DNA from: an uncultured Nitrospinota bacterium
GTDB lineage: Bacteria > Nitrospinota > Nitrospinia > Nitrospinales > VA-1
Direction: 5' to 3'
Length of the DNA stretch: 50,703 nt
Assembly (NCBI GenBank): GCA_905612265.1
Contig: CAJQRI010000002.1
Coordinates: 1 to 50,703 of the forward strand
In this document: in pieces, positions 18,275 through 28,639 of the stretch
Position numbering within the stretch: position 1 is the stretch's first letter
Layout: each line of letters starts with the position of its first letter
Program-made: the position numbers and the translations under genes
The notes under the pieces: model-generated
The model's database searches: none
The model's input: the letters and a program-made list of their open reading frames with translations, nothing else
Told to the model about the DNA's origin: nothing

Positions 18275-19183
18275 TTAAGCCAAAATACCCAAAAAAGGTT
18301 CCAACTTTTTCTGAAATGGTTCAGAATCAGTTTCGGACTTAAAAACTTTATCAAGGTTATTACGAATCTTCTGAATAACTTCTTCGTTACGTTTTTCTTT
18401 TTCCAGCATGGCCTGACTGGTCAAATCAAGCAAACCGTGAACGATTTCTTTGAGGTTTAAATTCAATTTTGCGGCACGCATTTTAATTTCCTTACGCTGA
18501 TCAGCAGAACGACCGGACCAAACAGTACTTTCAACAGATTTTATTTCTGTCACATACATCTTGATGATTTCATCCACAGGGGTTAAAGCCTCCTCATCAC
18601 AACCAGAGGCCTGCAGTTTATTGCAAAGGATTTTCAAATTTTGCAGTGGGTCAATAACCTGCAAATCAATCAAAACAGATTCATCCACACCATACATACG
18701 GCTCAATTCTGAAGGTTGAATTCTGTCGGAACCACCAATTTCGACCTCCAGTTTCTCTTGCAGCTTTGTTACTTCCGTGTCCACCGAGATTTTAGCTCCT
18801 TTAAGCATTTGTGAAGCCTTTTCATCAAACACATCTACGCTCCTTCTTTGCGCATGAACGCTTCGGTACTTCTTGTTTAAATCTTCCAGGATTATTTCAA
18901 CCTCTGTATTCCAACTACCGCGCAATTTATTGGCCCTTACGCTTTCAAGAGGTACCAAATATTTCAGCCGCACCTTTTTTTCAATAGTAACGAGTCCTCT
19001 TATAAGAGTGCGTATCAATCGTTCATAAGAAACAAGCTGAGCATCCAAATGTTCCTGAGAATGTTTCATATTTGTTTTGGTAAATTTAATATTGTTCTTT
19101 TTCAAGCGAACCGAATTTTCAGCTAAGAGGGAAGTGCATTTATCCCTTTCCATAATATCCAGGGTCTTATCTAGATCTTCCAT
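18275..19183 (-). CDS. Hypothetical alpha-helical/coiled-coil protein
   Basis: 302-aa K/E/L-rich ORF co-oriented within a gene run; no family recognised. Confidence 0.7.
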   Translation of the reverse strand: MEDLDKTLDIMERDKCTSLLAENSVRLKKNNIKFTKTNMKHSQEHLDAQLVSYERLIRTLIRGLVTIEKKVRLKYLVPLESVRANKLRGSWNTEVEIILEDLNKKYRSVHAQRRSVDVFDEKASQMLKGAKISVDTEVTKLQEKLEVEIGGSDRIQPSELSRMYGVDESVLIDLQVIDPLQNLKILCNKLQASGCDEEALTPVDEIIKMYVTEIKSVESTVWSGRSADQRKEIKMRAAKLNLNLKEIVHGLLDLTSQAMLEKEKRNEEVIQKIRNNLDKVFKSETDSEPFQKKLEPFLGILA

Positions 19184-19220
19184 AATTAAATTTCAAAAAT
19201 AGTGTTATTGAGATGAGTCA

Positions 19221-19988
19221 TTAATCCGCGCTTTTGGCACAACGACACCCTATACCGTAATAATCCTTGGCGTCACTATCCCCATAGCGGCTTGAGGATC
19301 GAAGATAAACGGGAAGGCTGTTCCAGGCTCCTCCACGAATAACATGGTATTTCCCTTTTTCTGGTCCTTTGGGGTTTTTATAGTGACCTTTTGTATAATA
19401 TTTTTTATCATACCAATCATACACCCATTCGGCAACATTGCCCCCAAGATCAAACACCCCGTCAGGACTTTTACCCTGATCGAAACTACCGACTTCGGAC
19501 AATACCGTCCCCTTCTGTATAAAGCAACAATTCCCAAAGTTAGCTCGTTTATCGTCTGGAGGCTCGTTGCCCCAGGGATAGGCTCGATTCTCAGTACCCC
19601 GTGCAGTACGCTCCCACTCTGCTTCTGTGGGTAACCGCTTATCTTTCCATGCACAATATTTCTTACAACGCTTCCACATGAGCCCAAATATGGGCTTGTT
19701 CAACATATCAGGCCGGGCCTTTCGATCAACCCAGCCAGTTATGGTTGGGTATTGCTTGCTATTCGCAGCCAGATATTTTTCAAAATCCTCAAAGGTCACT
19801 TCATACTTATCTATATAAAAACCATCCAGATAAACTTTATGGCTCGGATGCTCATTGGATTTCCCCTCACCACCTGGACTGCCCATTTCAAATTCTCCCG
19901 CAGGGATATGGGCCATCTCAGGATTAGGATTAGCCTCAGCCTGAGAAAACAGGGCCAAAGCCAAACAAATGTATAAAAACTGTCTCAT
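19221..19988 (-). CDS. Exported FGE-sulfatase (SUMF1) domain protein
   Basis: IPAGEFEMGS, E.P.H.V.L..FYIDKYEVT, RLPTEAEWE, YPWG, GNVAEW, RGGAW, G.RC. Confidence 0.9.
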   Translation of the reverse strand: MRQFLYICLALALFSQAEANPNPEMAHIPAGEFEMGSPGGEGKSNEHPSHKVYLDGFYIDKYEVTFEDFEKYLAANSKQYPTITGWVDRKARPDMLNKPIFGLMWKRCKKYCAWKDKRLPTEAEWERTARGTENRAYPWGNEPPDDKRANFGNCCFIQKGTVLSEVGSFDQGKSPDGVFDLGGNVAEWVYDWYDKKYYTKGHYKNPKGPEKGKYHVIRGGAWNSLPVYLRSSSRYGDSDAKDYYGIGCRCAKSAD

Positions 19989-20197
19989 AATCTCTATTAA
20001 TTACAATCAAGGCCACAATGTATTGAGCCTTAAAATTTAAAAGTTTATTATAGACTACGATATGGATACGATAGTGTTGCAAACCCATCATTTTCCCCGA
20101 CCTTATTAGTCATGCACATCTTAAAACAAATTGACCGGTTTCTGGAAAAAATTGAAAGCCACTTTTTGGTCTATTGGGTTTCTCGTTAATAGATATA

Positions 20198-20731
20198 ATG
20201 AAAAAAAAATACAACCACAGCCTGGATAATAAAACAGTTTGTTACACCGTCTTTAAAAATCCAATTGGGTTAACGGGTCTTGCGGCGACGCAAAAAGGCT
20301 TGATCCGCTTGGCAAACAAAGTTCCCAACGAAAAATCTTTTGAAACACTTTTAATTAAAAATTTAGGGTTTCATATTCTAAAAAACCCCAATCATTTTGA
20401 TGGTCTTGTCGAGCAGTTTCAAAAATACTTTAAAGGCAAATTAGAGTCCTTTCAATTTCCATTGGATTTAAGACTAGGAACACCGTTCCAGCAAAAGGTC
20501 TGGAAAGGCCTTCTCACAATTCCCTATGGTTCCACGCGCAGTTATAAATGGTTAGCTAAATCTATCAAGCATCCCGACTCTGCCAGAGCTGTTGGCAACG
20601 CAAACGGTCAGAACCCTCTTCCTATAATCATTCCCTGCCACAGGGTGGTTCGTGAAAATGGCGACCTCGGAGGATACACAGGAGGTATCCAGACTAAGCG
20701 TTACCTACTAGAATTAGAGAAGGCAATTTAA
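20198..20731 (+). CDS. ogt: Methylated-DNA-protein-cysteine methyltransferase
   Basis: GTPFQQKVW, IPYG..RSY, ARAVG.ANG.NP, PCHRV active site. ATG 20198 preferred over TTG 20174. Confidence 0.93.
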   Translation: MKKKYNHSLDNKTVCYTVFKNPIGLTGLAATQKGLIRLANKVPNEKSFETLLIKNLGFHILKNPNHFDGLVEQFQKYFKGKLESFQFPLDLRLGTPFQQKVWKGLLTIPYGSTRSYKWLAKSIKHPDSARAVGNANGQNPLPIIIPCHRVVRENGDLGGYTGGIQTKRYLLELEKAI

Positions 20732-21486
20732 TGGCTCTCTATAAAACCCGAGCCATCGTCATCAAAAGTATGAACCTGTCAGAGTCCGACCGGTTAATCA
20801 CTTTTATGACAGAGAACCACGGAAAAGTTAAGTGTGTTGCTAAGGGTGCCAGAAAAGCTAAGAACCAGTTCTGGGGCTCTCTGGAGCCCATGTCTTTAAT
20901 CCACCTGATTTATTTTGGTAGGGAGCATCAGAGCCTTTTCCGCCTTAATCATTCGGATATCATAGAATCCTTTCAAACGATCCGCGATGATTTCGAAAAA
21001 CTTTATACAGGAATCTATTTTCTTGACCTGATTGATGCCATGATTCTTGAAGGACACTGGGAACCAAAAGTTTTCGGCCTTCTTTACCAGGCACTGGCGG
21101 CTCTTAATCAACAGAACGAGTTAGAGCCTTTACGCCGACTTTTTGAAATTCGTTTGCTTTCATTATCCGGGTACAAACCGCAATTGGAGCAATGTGTACT
21201 TTGCAGAAAAACACCCGCAAATGGCATGATTCCTTTCAGCTATGCTCATAATGGAATTCTTTGTAGTTCATGCGCCAACATTACAAGGGTTGACATACAA
21301 TTCAGCGTCGGAACAAGAAATTACATAAAAAAATTATTAGAGGTGGAAATCAAAACCTGTGAAAGGTTAAAATTCCCCAAATCTCAGACAGAAGAAATCG
21401 AGAAGGTGACCCATCGTCTAGTCCTTTCTCATTTAGGTCGTGAGTTGAAGTCTTATCCCTTCATTAAATATATGGCAAAAATTTAG
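20731..21486 (+). CDS. recO: DNA repair protein RecO
   Basis: ESDRLIT..T..HGKV..VAKGARK; FE.RLL..SGY.P; CxxC...CxxC zinc finger. Confidence 0.92.
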   Translation: MALYKTRAIVIKSMNLSESDRLITFMTENHGKVKCVAKGARKAKNQFWGSLEPMSLIHLIYFGREHQSLFRLNHSDIIESFQTIRDDFEKLYTGIYFLDLIDAMILEGHWEPKVFGLLYQALAALNQQNELEPLRRLFEIRLLSLSGYKPQLEQCVLCRKTPANGMIPFSYAHNGILCSSCANITRVDIQFSVGTRNYIKKLLEVEIKTCERLKFPKSQTEEIEKVTHRLVLSHLGRELKSYPFIKYMAKI

Positions 21487-21496
21487 GAATACTTTT

Positions 21497-21877
21497 ATGA
21501 AAAAAAAACAGATACAAACAACCCAAGCCCCATCAGCAATTGGACCCTACTCTCAAGCCATTCGTATTGGTGAGTTTCTGTATACTTCCGGGCAAATCGC
21601 TCTCAACCCAGAGAACATGGAAATGATGAATGGCGCAATTGAAGAAGAGACTGAATGGGTCTTGAAAAACCTAGAAGCTATTTTAAAAGCCGACGGCATA
21701 AGTTTGGCCCATGTTATTAAAACCACGGTTTATCTAACCGACCTGGGAGAGTTTGCCAGAGTGAATCAGGTTTATGAAAAGTTTTTTGGCGAAACCAAAC
21801 CCGCCCGAGCTTGTGTGCAGGTTGCAGCACTACCTAAAGGGGCAAAAGTAGAAATTGACGCAATTGCCCACTCCTAA
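21497..21877 (+). CDS. ridA: RidA/YjgF reactive intermediate deaminase
   Basis: APSAIGPYSQA, SGQI, KTTVYL, PARACVQVAALPKGAKVEIDAIA. Confidence 0.93.
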   Translation: MKKKQIQTTQAPSAIGPYSQAIRIGEFLYTSGQIALNPENMEMMNGAIEEETEWVLKNLEAILKADGISLAHVIKTTVYLTDLGEFARVNQVYEKFFGETKPARACVQVAALPKGAKVEIDAIAHS

Positions 21878-21906
21878 AACAATTTAACGCAGCAGGCAAA
21901 ATTACC

Positions 21907-22164
21907 GTGGCTAAAAAATCAAACGGAACAAGAAATTTTTATAGATTTATGATGTTGATTGGAATTGGTGTGATTGGTAGCTTAGGCTATTCATTCATAA
22001 GTGCGGCACCAGACTTTAGAATATCAGAATATCATAAGGCCTCTCTCCCCGCAGAGCAGTGCATGCAATGTCATATACAGGGAGTAGAAGAAATCCCCAT
22101 CATGCCGCACCGTCCTATGGGAAACTGTGTCATGTGCCACACCCCTAAAGACAGTCCCTTTTGA
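21907..22164 (+). CDS. Small membrane-anchored diheme c-type cytochrome (NapB-like compact fold)
   Basis: N-terminal TM; CMQCH and CVMCH 17 aa apart; candidate distal His in EYH and MPH. Confidence 0.75.
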   Translation: MAKKSNGTRNFYRFMMLIGIGVIGSLGYSFISAAPDFRISEYHKASLPAEQCMQCHIQGVEEIPIMPHRPMGNCVMCHTPKDSPF

Positions 22165-22212
22165 TAGCAGTTAGATCTGAGAATCAGTTTGAACAACGGC
22201 ATACTACTGTAA

Positions 22213-22743
22213 GGCACCTCTAAAAACAGTCTAAAAAGTTGATAAGTAGATTAGAAAAAGGGCTATAGGTTAATGATAGGATCTTTTATCTAATGAAAAA
22301 GAAAGTTCTCATGGCCCAGCCCGGATTTTTTATGTCGATAACCATTATGAGACGATCAGCAGACTGGGTGATCCTATGGAGGTTATGGATCAGTCTATTT
22401 CGTGGAAAACGTTTCGACCTTTAGAGAGTAAAGCTCTGTGCAAATTCAAAAAAAGCAATGCGGGTCGTAAACCTTACAATAGTATTTTTATGTTCAAAAT
22501 CCTTGTATTGCAAATCCTCTAAAAATTAAGTGACGATCAAACGAAGTTTCAGATCAAAGATCGTTTATCGTTCATGCATTTTCTGAGTCTCGACTTCGAA
22601 GACAGGGGCCAGATGCGAAAACCCTTTGGTTGTTTCGAGATACCATCGATAAGCTATTCCGTAGACTCGATCGGCACCTCAACCACAAAGATTTGTTTGT
22701 ACGTCAAGGGTAAGTCTTTGATGCCAGCATTGTCCCGGTTCCT
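22213..22743 (+). mobile_element. Decayed IS5-family insertion sequence (left end and transposase N-terminus)
   Basis: Terminal IR-like GGCACCTCTAAAAA at 22213. From ATG 22311, across frameshifts and stops (TAA 22520, 22711): MAQPGFF..LGDP..SWKTFRP..AGRKPY..MFKILVLQ..LSDDQ..FQIKDRLSFMHFL..PDAKTLWLFR..IDKLF..DASIVPVP, matching IS5 transposases up to the first catalytic Asp. Confidence 0.85.
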
Positions 22744-22765
22744 GATTCGCTCAGTGTCCAAGACC

Positions 22766-23719
22766 CTACTCAGTTAGCCCTTGCTCAACGAGCCAGCGTT
22801 CTGCTTCCAGAGATGCGGCGCAACCGGTGCCTGCAGCCGTGATAGCTTGACGGTATATATGGTCATGTACATCCCCGGCAGCAAAGACTCCTTCAATATT
22901 GGTTTCCTGAGTCCCCAGCTTCAGCTTGATGTAACCAGCATCGTCTAAGTTTAATTGTCCATTGAAGATGGATGTATTGGGAGTATGCCCGATAGCATAG
23001 AAAATGCCCGCAACTTCCACTTGCCTGGCTTCTCCAGTCTTTATATTTTTTAGACTGGCACCGGTCACATAATCTTGGCCTACTGCGTCTTCTAGAACTG
23101 TGTCCCAAAGGATTTCCAGTTTGGGATGCTTGAGAGCTCTCTCCTGCATAATTTTGGAAGCTCTGAGTTGATCACGCCGATGCACCAGATACACTACAGA
23201 ACCAAATTTGGCCAGATAGGTGGCTTCTTCCACCGCCGTATCCCCTCCCCCAATTACCATTAGGGGCTGGTTGCGGAACATGGGAAGAGCTCCGTCACAA
23301 ACAGCACAAGCCGACATACCATTGTTCCACATTTTTTCTTCACTAGGCACACCCATCCGCTTTGCCGTCGCGCCAGTAGAAATGATCACCGAATGCGCTT
23401 TCACTTCACGATTTTCGGATTTCAATACAAATGGACGCTGACTTAAATCGGCGGAGATCACATCTTCCTGAACCATTTCAGTGCCGAATCGCTCTGACTG
23501 CTTGCGGAACAATTGCATCAATTCCGGTCCTTCAATCCCTTCAGGAAATCCAGGATAGTTTTCAACTTCTGTAGTGGTGGTCAGCTGCCCTCCTGCTGAG
23601 CCCCCCATGACATAACCTTCAAACATAAAAGGGCTAAGGTTAGCCCTAGCAGAATAAATTGCGGCAGTATGCCCAGCGGGCCCAGAACCGACAATGACAA
23701 CATTTTTAACATCTGACAT
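22766..23719 (-). CDS. trxB: Thioredoxin-disulfide reductase
   Basis: GSGPAG, GGQLTTTTEVENYPGF, SACAVCDG, GGGDTAVEEA, AGDV..YRQAITAAG; start ATG 23719. Confidence 0.95.
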   Translation of the reverse strand: MSDVKNVVIVGSGPAGHTAAIYSARANLSPFMFEGYVMGGSAGGQLTTTTEVENYPGFPEGIEGPELMQLFRKQSERFGTEMVQEDVISADLSQRPFVLKSENREVKAHSVIISTGATAKRMGVPSEEKMWNNGMSACAVCDGALPMFRNQPLMVIGGGDTAVEEATYLAKFGSVVYLVHRRDQLRASKIMQERALKHPKLEILWDTVLEDAVGQDYVTGASLKNIKTGEARQVEVAGIFYAIGHTPNTSIFNGQLNLDDAGYIKLKLGTQETNIEGVFAAGDVHDHIYRQAITAAGTGCAASLEAERWLVEQGLTE

Positions 23720-23736
23720 AAGCTTATAAACCCTTT

Positions 23737-24432
23737 CTACTGTTGGGTCTTTATACAACGAAACCCAACATCGCTATATCTCAATTCGGGATCTTTTCCA
23801 ACCCGATCAGAGGTTCTTAAAAAATGGCTCGCAGAATTCCATGCGCCACCCCGTACAACCTTATTTTTTCCAGAAGGACCATACTCGCTCAAAGTCCATT
23901 CATAGACATTACCCATCATATCAAAGAGGCCGTGGGAATTGACTTCAAATTTTCCAATAATTTCAGGAGAACCATTCCCATAAGGCTGACCAAAGTGAGC
24001 ACCGCCCAGTTTCTCACCTTCAGCTGCTACCTCCCATTGCATCTGCGTCGGGAGGTTGCCCCCACGCCACGAACAATAGGTTTTGGCATCCTCCCAGCTT
24101 ACAAAAACCACCGGCTGGAGAGGCTTATTAAAATCCTGCGGTCTGTCTTCATGCAACACAGATGGCTCGCAAACACCGGCAATAAAACATTCCCGATAAT
24201 TAGCGTTGCTGACCTCATATTTATCGATCCAGAAAGCATCGAGCTTAACCTTACTCGGTAACTCATCGTTGCACCAGTCCGCGTTACCCTGTTCTTCCTC
24301 ACAGTAAAGACTACCAAGGCTATATTCTCCTCCCGGAACTAAAACCCTCGCTTTGTCTGGCTCTGCATAAACTTCAAGAGGAGAGCACATCATGAAAACC
24401 AGCAAAAATAAAATTTGTATAAGGAAAGTCAT
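23737..24432 (-). CDS. Exported FGE-sulfatase (SUMF1) domain protein
   Basis: [44 protein letters not shown]. Confidence 0.88.
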   Translation of the reverse strand: MTFLIQILFLLVFMMCSPLEVYAEPDKARVLVPGGEYSLGSLYCEEEQGNADWCNDELPSKVKLDAFWIDKYEVSNANYRECFIAGVCEPSVLHEDRPQDFNKPLQPVVFVSWEDAKTYCSWRGGNLPTQMQWEVAAEGEKLGGAHFGQPYGNGSPEIIGKFEVNSHGLFDMMGNVYEWTLSEYGPSGKNKVVRGGAWNSASHFLRTSDRVGKDPELRYSDVGFRCIKTQQ

Positions 24433-25766
24433 ATTTCTATTTTATCCAAAATCGCGTTTTTAATCTGCTCATAATCGGCAGGTAATTCAATTGGAGAGAA
24501 TGCATGCTCTGAATCGACCCCCTCTATTTGATTCGTATGGTATTTGAAAAGAAAGTCGGTGAACTTCAATCCGTTAGCAGTAGAGATCACAACCACTCGA
24601 TCCTTTTTCTTTATTTCTCCACTCTGGACCAGTTTTTCCAGAACTGCTAAGGCTACTCCGGTATGAGGACAACAGAGCAATCCCGTTTTATTAGCTCTAC
24701 CTGCCGCGTTGGCCAATTCACTTTCTGTTGCTTTTTCAACGATGCCGTTAAAATTCTGCAGAGCACGAATGGCTTTTTTATAACTGACCGGATCACCAAT
24801 CTGAATAGCACTTGCCAAGGTAGTTTTGGCCTGAACCGATTCGAAGGTTTTAAATCCATTGATGTAACTACGATATAGAGGGTCGGCCTGCTCCGCCTGA
24901 GCACATACCAGACGTGGGAGCGTGTCGATCAAACCCAGATCATAGAACATCTGAAAGCCTTTGCCGATCGCGCTGACATTGCCTAAATTACCGCCGGGAA
25001 CAATTACAAAATCCGGTACCTTCCAGTTAAACTGCTGGACAATCTCAAAGCTAATAGTTTTTTGGCCTTCAATTCTCAAAGAATTCATAGAGTTTGCCAG
25101 ATAGATATCGTTTTTCTGACATACTTCTTGAACCAGTTGCATACATCCGTCAAAATCGGTATCAAGAGACAAGGTGAGCACGCCATGTGTGATCGGCTGA
25201 ATCAATTGTGTCAGCGAGACCTTATCCTTGGGCAAAAATACAATGGCAGGGATACCAGCTAATGCACAATAAGCCGCCAGTGCGGCAGAAGTATCTCCCG
25301 TGGAAGCACAAGCCACTGCCTTGATATTTTTTCCGGAAGCAATCATTTGCTTGACCATGGAGACCAACACGGTCATTCCTAAATCCTTAAAGGACCCTGT
25401 ATGCGCCATGCCGCATTGTTTGACCCATAGGTCATCGAGTCCAATCTGGTTACCCAGACGCTCAGCCCAGAAAAGATTCGTGCCTCCCTCATAGGTAGAC
25501 ACAATATTTTCGTTTTCGATACCAGGACAAACCAGTTCTCTTTTTCCCCATACGGCACTACCATAAGGCCATTCATTAAGCCGGTAGCGGCTTTCAAATA
25601 AAGCTTTCCATTTTTCTGGTGAACGTTGTTTTAACAATTCCATATCATGTTGCACTTCCAGAAGTTCATTACACTCCTTGCAACGATAGACAATGTCTGT
25701 AAGCTCATACTTGCTTTGGCATTCCGGATTAATACACTGAAACCAGGCTTTAAATTCCATTTTCAT
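24429..25766 (-). CDS. thrC: Threonine synthase (plant-like subfamily)
   Basis: [14 protein letters not shown]-lysine motif, [34 protein letters not shown]; coupled to hom. Confidence 0.93.
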   Translation of the reverse strand: MKMEFKAWFQCINPECQSKYELTDIVYRCKECNELLEVQHDMELLKQRSPEKWKALFESRYRLNEWPYGSAVWGKRELVCPGIENENIVSTYEGGTNLFWAERLGNQIGLDDLWVKQCGMAHTGSFKDLGMTVLVSMVKQMIASGKNIKAVACASTGDTSAALAAYCALAGIPAIVFLPKDKVSLTQLIQPITHGVLTLSLDTDFDGCMQLVQEVCQKNDIYLANSMNSLRIEGQKTISFEIVQQFNWKVPDFVIVPGGNLGNVSAIGKGFQMFYDLGLIDTLPRLVCAQAEQADPLYRSYINGFKTFESVQAKTTLASAIQIGDPVSYKKAIRALQNFNGIVEKATESELANAAGRANKTGLLCCPHTGVALAVLEKLVQSGEIKKKDRVVVISTANGLKFTDFLFKYHTNQIEGVDSEHAFSPIELPADYEQIKNAILDKIEI

Positions 25767-27067
25767 CTTTCCACACGAATCAGGTTAGATTTTTCGCACA
25801 CGACATCCAATGCTTCTATTTCCTTTAAAGCCGACTGAATATTTTTTTCGCTAGACTTGTGACACATCATCACCAGAGGCACTCCTTCTCCGCGATCGCC
25901 TCTTCCTCTCTGTATCATAGACTCAATACTGATTGAATGCTTGCCCAGTATCCCAGATATTTTTGAAAGCACGCCTGGGTTGTCCAACACACTGAAACGC
26001 AGAAAATATTCAGACTCGATTTCACTGATACTCTTAAAGGGGATTTTTTTAACCTCTTTATCTTGAAAAGATCCAGCAGGTAACCTTTCTCCCACACCAG
26101 AAAGAATATTGCGGGCAATTTCGACAACATCACCGACCACTGCACTACCCGTAGGCAAAGCACCTGCACCATGCCCAATCAAAACATTTTCTTCCATCAT
26201 ATCATCGCAGATACGGATGGCATTTAAGGCTCCATTAACATTGGCCATCGAGTGTGCAATCGGAATCATAGCAGGATGAACACGAATATCAATCGCCTGA
26301 CCGTCAAATTTGGAGATGGCAAGCAGTTTGATCCGGTAGCCAAACACCCTTGCGCATTCTATATCTTCAGAGGTAATACCTGAAATACCAGTAACAGTTA
26401 TATCGTCAAACGGCACAGGGGTTCCATAAGCCAGACGGGTCAACACGGCTATCTTGTGGGCAGAGTCAATGCCTTCAATATCAAATGTAGGGTCTGCTTC
26501 GGCAAAACCTTTTTCCTGTGCTTCTTTTAAAGCAGTGTCGAAGTCGCAATTCTCATCAGACATTTTACTGAGAATATAATTTGCGGTTCCATTAACGATA
26601 CCTTCGATGGACTTAATACGATTAGCAACAAATGCCTCCCTAATAGACCTGATTATCGGAATGGCCCCCCCTATTGAAGCTTCAAACCCAATAGACAGAC
26701 TCTTTTTAGCAGCTGCTGAAAAAATTTCATCACCATGTTTAGCCAGCAGAGCCTTGTTGGCCGTCACCACATGCTTGCCTTGATCAATAGCCTGAAGAAG
26801 AAATTTCCTGGCTGGTTCATACCCACCGATCAATTCAATCACTACATCAATATCAGGGTGGTTGATCACTTCATCGGCAGAAGTCGTCAACACATCGGGG
26901 GCCAGTTTCACACCTCTATCTGTGGTGATGTCCAAATCCGCCACTTTAACCAGCTCCACCCCGGCTCCTAACCTATGCCTTATAATTTCACCGTTACCCG
27001 CAAGGATTTTAGCTACACCGGCACCTATAGTGCCAAAACCGATCATTCCTACCTTAATCATTTTCAT
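25763..27067 (-). CDS. hom: Homoserine dehydrogenase with C-terminal ACT domain
   Basis: [55 protein letters not shown]. Confidence 0.95.
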   Translation of the reverse strand: MKMIKVGMIGFGTIGAGVAKILAGNGEIIRHRLGAGVELVKVADLDITTDRGVKLAPDVLTTSADEVINHPDIDVVIELIGGYEPARKFLLQAIDQGKHVVTANKALLAKHGDEIFSAAAKKSLSIGFEASIGGAIPIIRSIREAFVANRIKSIEGIVNGTANYILSKMSDENCDFDTALKEAQEKGFAEADPTFDIEGIDSAHKIAVLTRLAYGTPVPFDDITVTGISGITSEDIECARVFGYRIKLLAISKFDGQAIDIRVHPAMIPIAHSMANVNGALNAIRICDDMMEENVLIGHGAGALPTGSAVVGDVVEIARNILSGVGERLPAGSFQDKEVKKIPFKSISEIESEYFLRFSVLDNPGVLSKISGILGKHSISIESMIQRGRGDRGEGVPLVMMCHKSSEKNIQSALKEIEALDVVCEKSNLIRVER

Positions 27068-27070
27068 CGT

Positions 27071-28249
27071 CTACTCAGATCCCTTAAAATATCTTTCAAT
27101 TCCCCGAACCGCCTGTCTAATCCTGTGCTCATTTTCGACCAGCGAGAAACGTACAAAATGATCTCCGCCTTCTCCAAATCCGATACCCGGTGCAACCGCA
27201 ACTTTGGCTGTATCCAAAAGCTTCTTGCAAAACTCCAGAGATCCCATTTTCTTAAAATGGTCAGGAATTTCTGCCCAGACCATCATTGTCGCTTTCGGCG
27301 GTGTCACTTTCCAACCAATTCGATTTAACGACTCGCACAGCACATCTCGTCGGCTTCGATACGTTTCACAAATTTCTTCCACACAATCGCGCGGACCATT
27401 AAGAGCCACCGTAGCAGCTATCTGAATCGGCTGAAACATACCATAATCCTGATAACTTTTGATGCGTGCCAAAGCATTAATAATTTCAGCATTTCCCACC
27501 GCAAAACCAACTCGCCAGCCAGGCATATTATAACTCTTAGACAAGCTAAAAAACTCTATTCCAACATCTTTCGCTCCGGGAACCTGCAAAAAGCTGGGAG
27601 CCTTATATCCGTCAAAAACAATGTCCCCATAAGCAAAATCGTGAATCACAATCAAGTCATGTTCTTTAGCAAAATCGACGACCTTCTCAAAGAAATCTAT
27701 ACCCACCAACAAAGTAGTAGGATTATGTGGAAAATTGATAATCATCACTTTAGGTCGCGGCCAGTTTTTCTTAAACGCATCTAACAGTGCATCAAAAAAA
27801 TTTACGTCAGCACTAAGGGGGACATTAATGACATCACCATTTGCTAAAATGAAAGCATAAGTATGAATAGGATAAGTGGGTGTCGGCACTAGTACCGAGT
27901 CACCGGGACTAGTGATAGCTAGAGCCAGATGAGCAATGCCCTCTTTCGATCCGATAGTTGCAATCGCTTCCGAGTTTGGGTCCAGGTCTACATCGTGATT
28001 ACGCCTGTACCAGTCAGTGATAGCAAGGCGTAGTTTATATATACCTTTGGAAACAGAATAGCGGTGATTAGCTTCCTTCTCAGAAGCCTCTATCAGTTTA
28101 TCCACAATATGTTTAGGGGTCGGCATATCAGGATTTCCCAAACCAAAGTCGATAATATCTTCTCCGCGTCGACGAGCATCATATTTAAGTTCGTTGACGA
28201 TTCCTAAAACATAGGGCGGGAGACGCTCAATTCTGGAAAATTTTCTCAT
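27071..28249 (-). CDS. alaC: Class I/II aminotransferase, AlaC-like
   Basis: [60 protein letters not shown]; alaC-hom-thrC order is common. Confidence 0.8.
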   Translation of the reverse strand: MRKFSRIERLPPYVLGIVNELKYDARRRGEDIIDFGLGNPDMPTPKHIVDKLIEASEKEANHRYSVSKGIYKLRLAITDWYRRNHDVDLDPNSEAIATIGSKEGIAHLALAITSPGDSVLVPTPTYPIHTYAFILANGDVINVPLSADVNFFDALLDAFKKNWPRPKVMIINFPHNPTTLLVGIDFFEKVVDFAKEHDLIVIHDFAYGDIVFDGYKAPSFLQVPGAKDVGIEFFSLSKSYNMPGWRVGFAVGNAEIINALARIKSYQDYGMFQPIQIAATVALNGPRDCVEEICETYRSRRDVLCESLNRIGWKVTPPKATMMVWAEIPDHFKKMGSLEFCKKLLDTAKVAVAPGIGFGEGGDHFVRFSLVENEHRIRQAVRGIERYFKGSE

Positions 28250-28427
28250 AACTCATTACAGGTAAAAGGGGCAGATCGCGTCCCGAGCATTGATCACCGC
28301 AAATCTAAATCTTAAACATTAAGAATGACTCAGGATAGGTCAAACAGCAAAAAAAGATCCTGGTCCGTCAGGGTCTGTGAGGAGGCAACCTGTTAGGTTC
28401 TAAGGAAATCCGGCCGAATGCCCGCGT

Positions 28428-28456
28428 AACATAGCATAATTTGCAAAACCCGGCAA
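28428..28456 (-). promoter_or_regulatory. Promoter of alaC-hom-thrC operon
   Basis: Minus strand TTGCCG (28456-28451), 17 bp, extended TGc-TATGTT (28433-28428). Confidence 0.5.
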
Positions 28457-28639
28457 ACCTAAACCCAAAGTCAAAACTAAATTTTATGCCTTAACCAATC
28501 CGCTAATTTTTTTCTTGATTCTGGTATATTACGGGGAGTAATATCTTCCTGAGCTACCAACAATCCATGTTGGTTCCCACAGTATTCGAATGACAAAACC
28601 CATTCCCAACGGGTCCGACCATCTTCCCCAAATAAACAA

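Noticed and set aside
18253-18354. 102-bp N-terminal extension of sppA overlapping the upstream gene
   Set aside because: ATG 18252 gives a normal lipoprotein-like signal and removes the overlap.
22574-22777. 67-aa plus-strand ORF
   Set aside because: It is a frameshifted by-product of the IS5 transposase remnant.
28277-28427. 6S RNA or known riboswitch (SAM-I, lysine, c-di-GMP, T-box)
   Set aside because: Only isolated short words match (GGCAACC, GGGACGC); the conserved cores and usual gene context are absent. Kept only as an unclassified leader.
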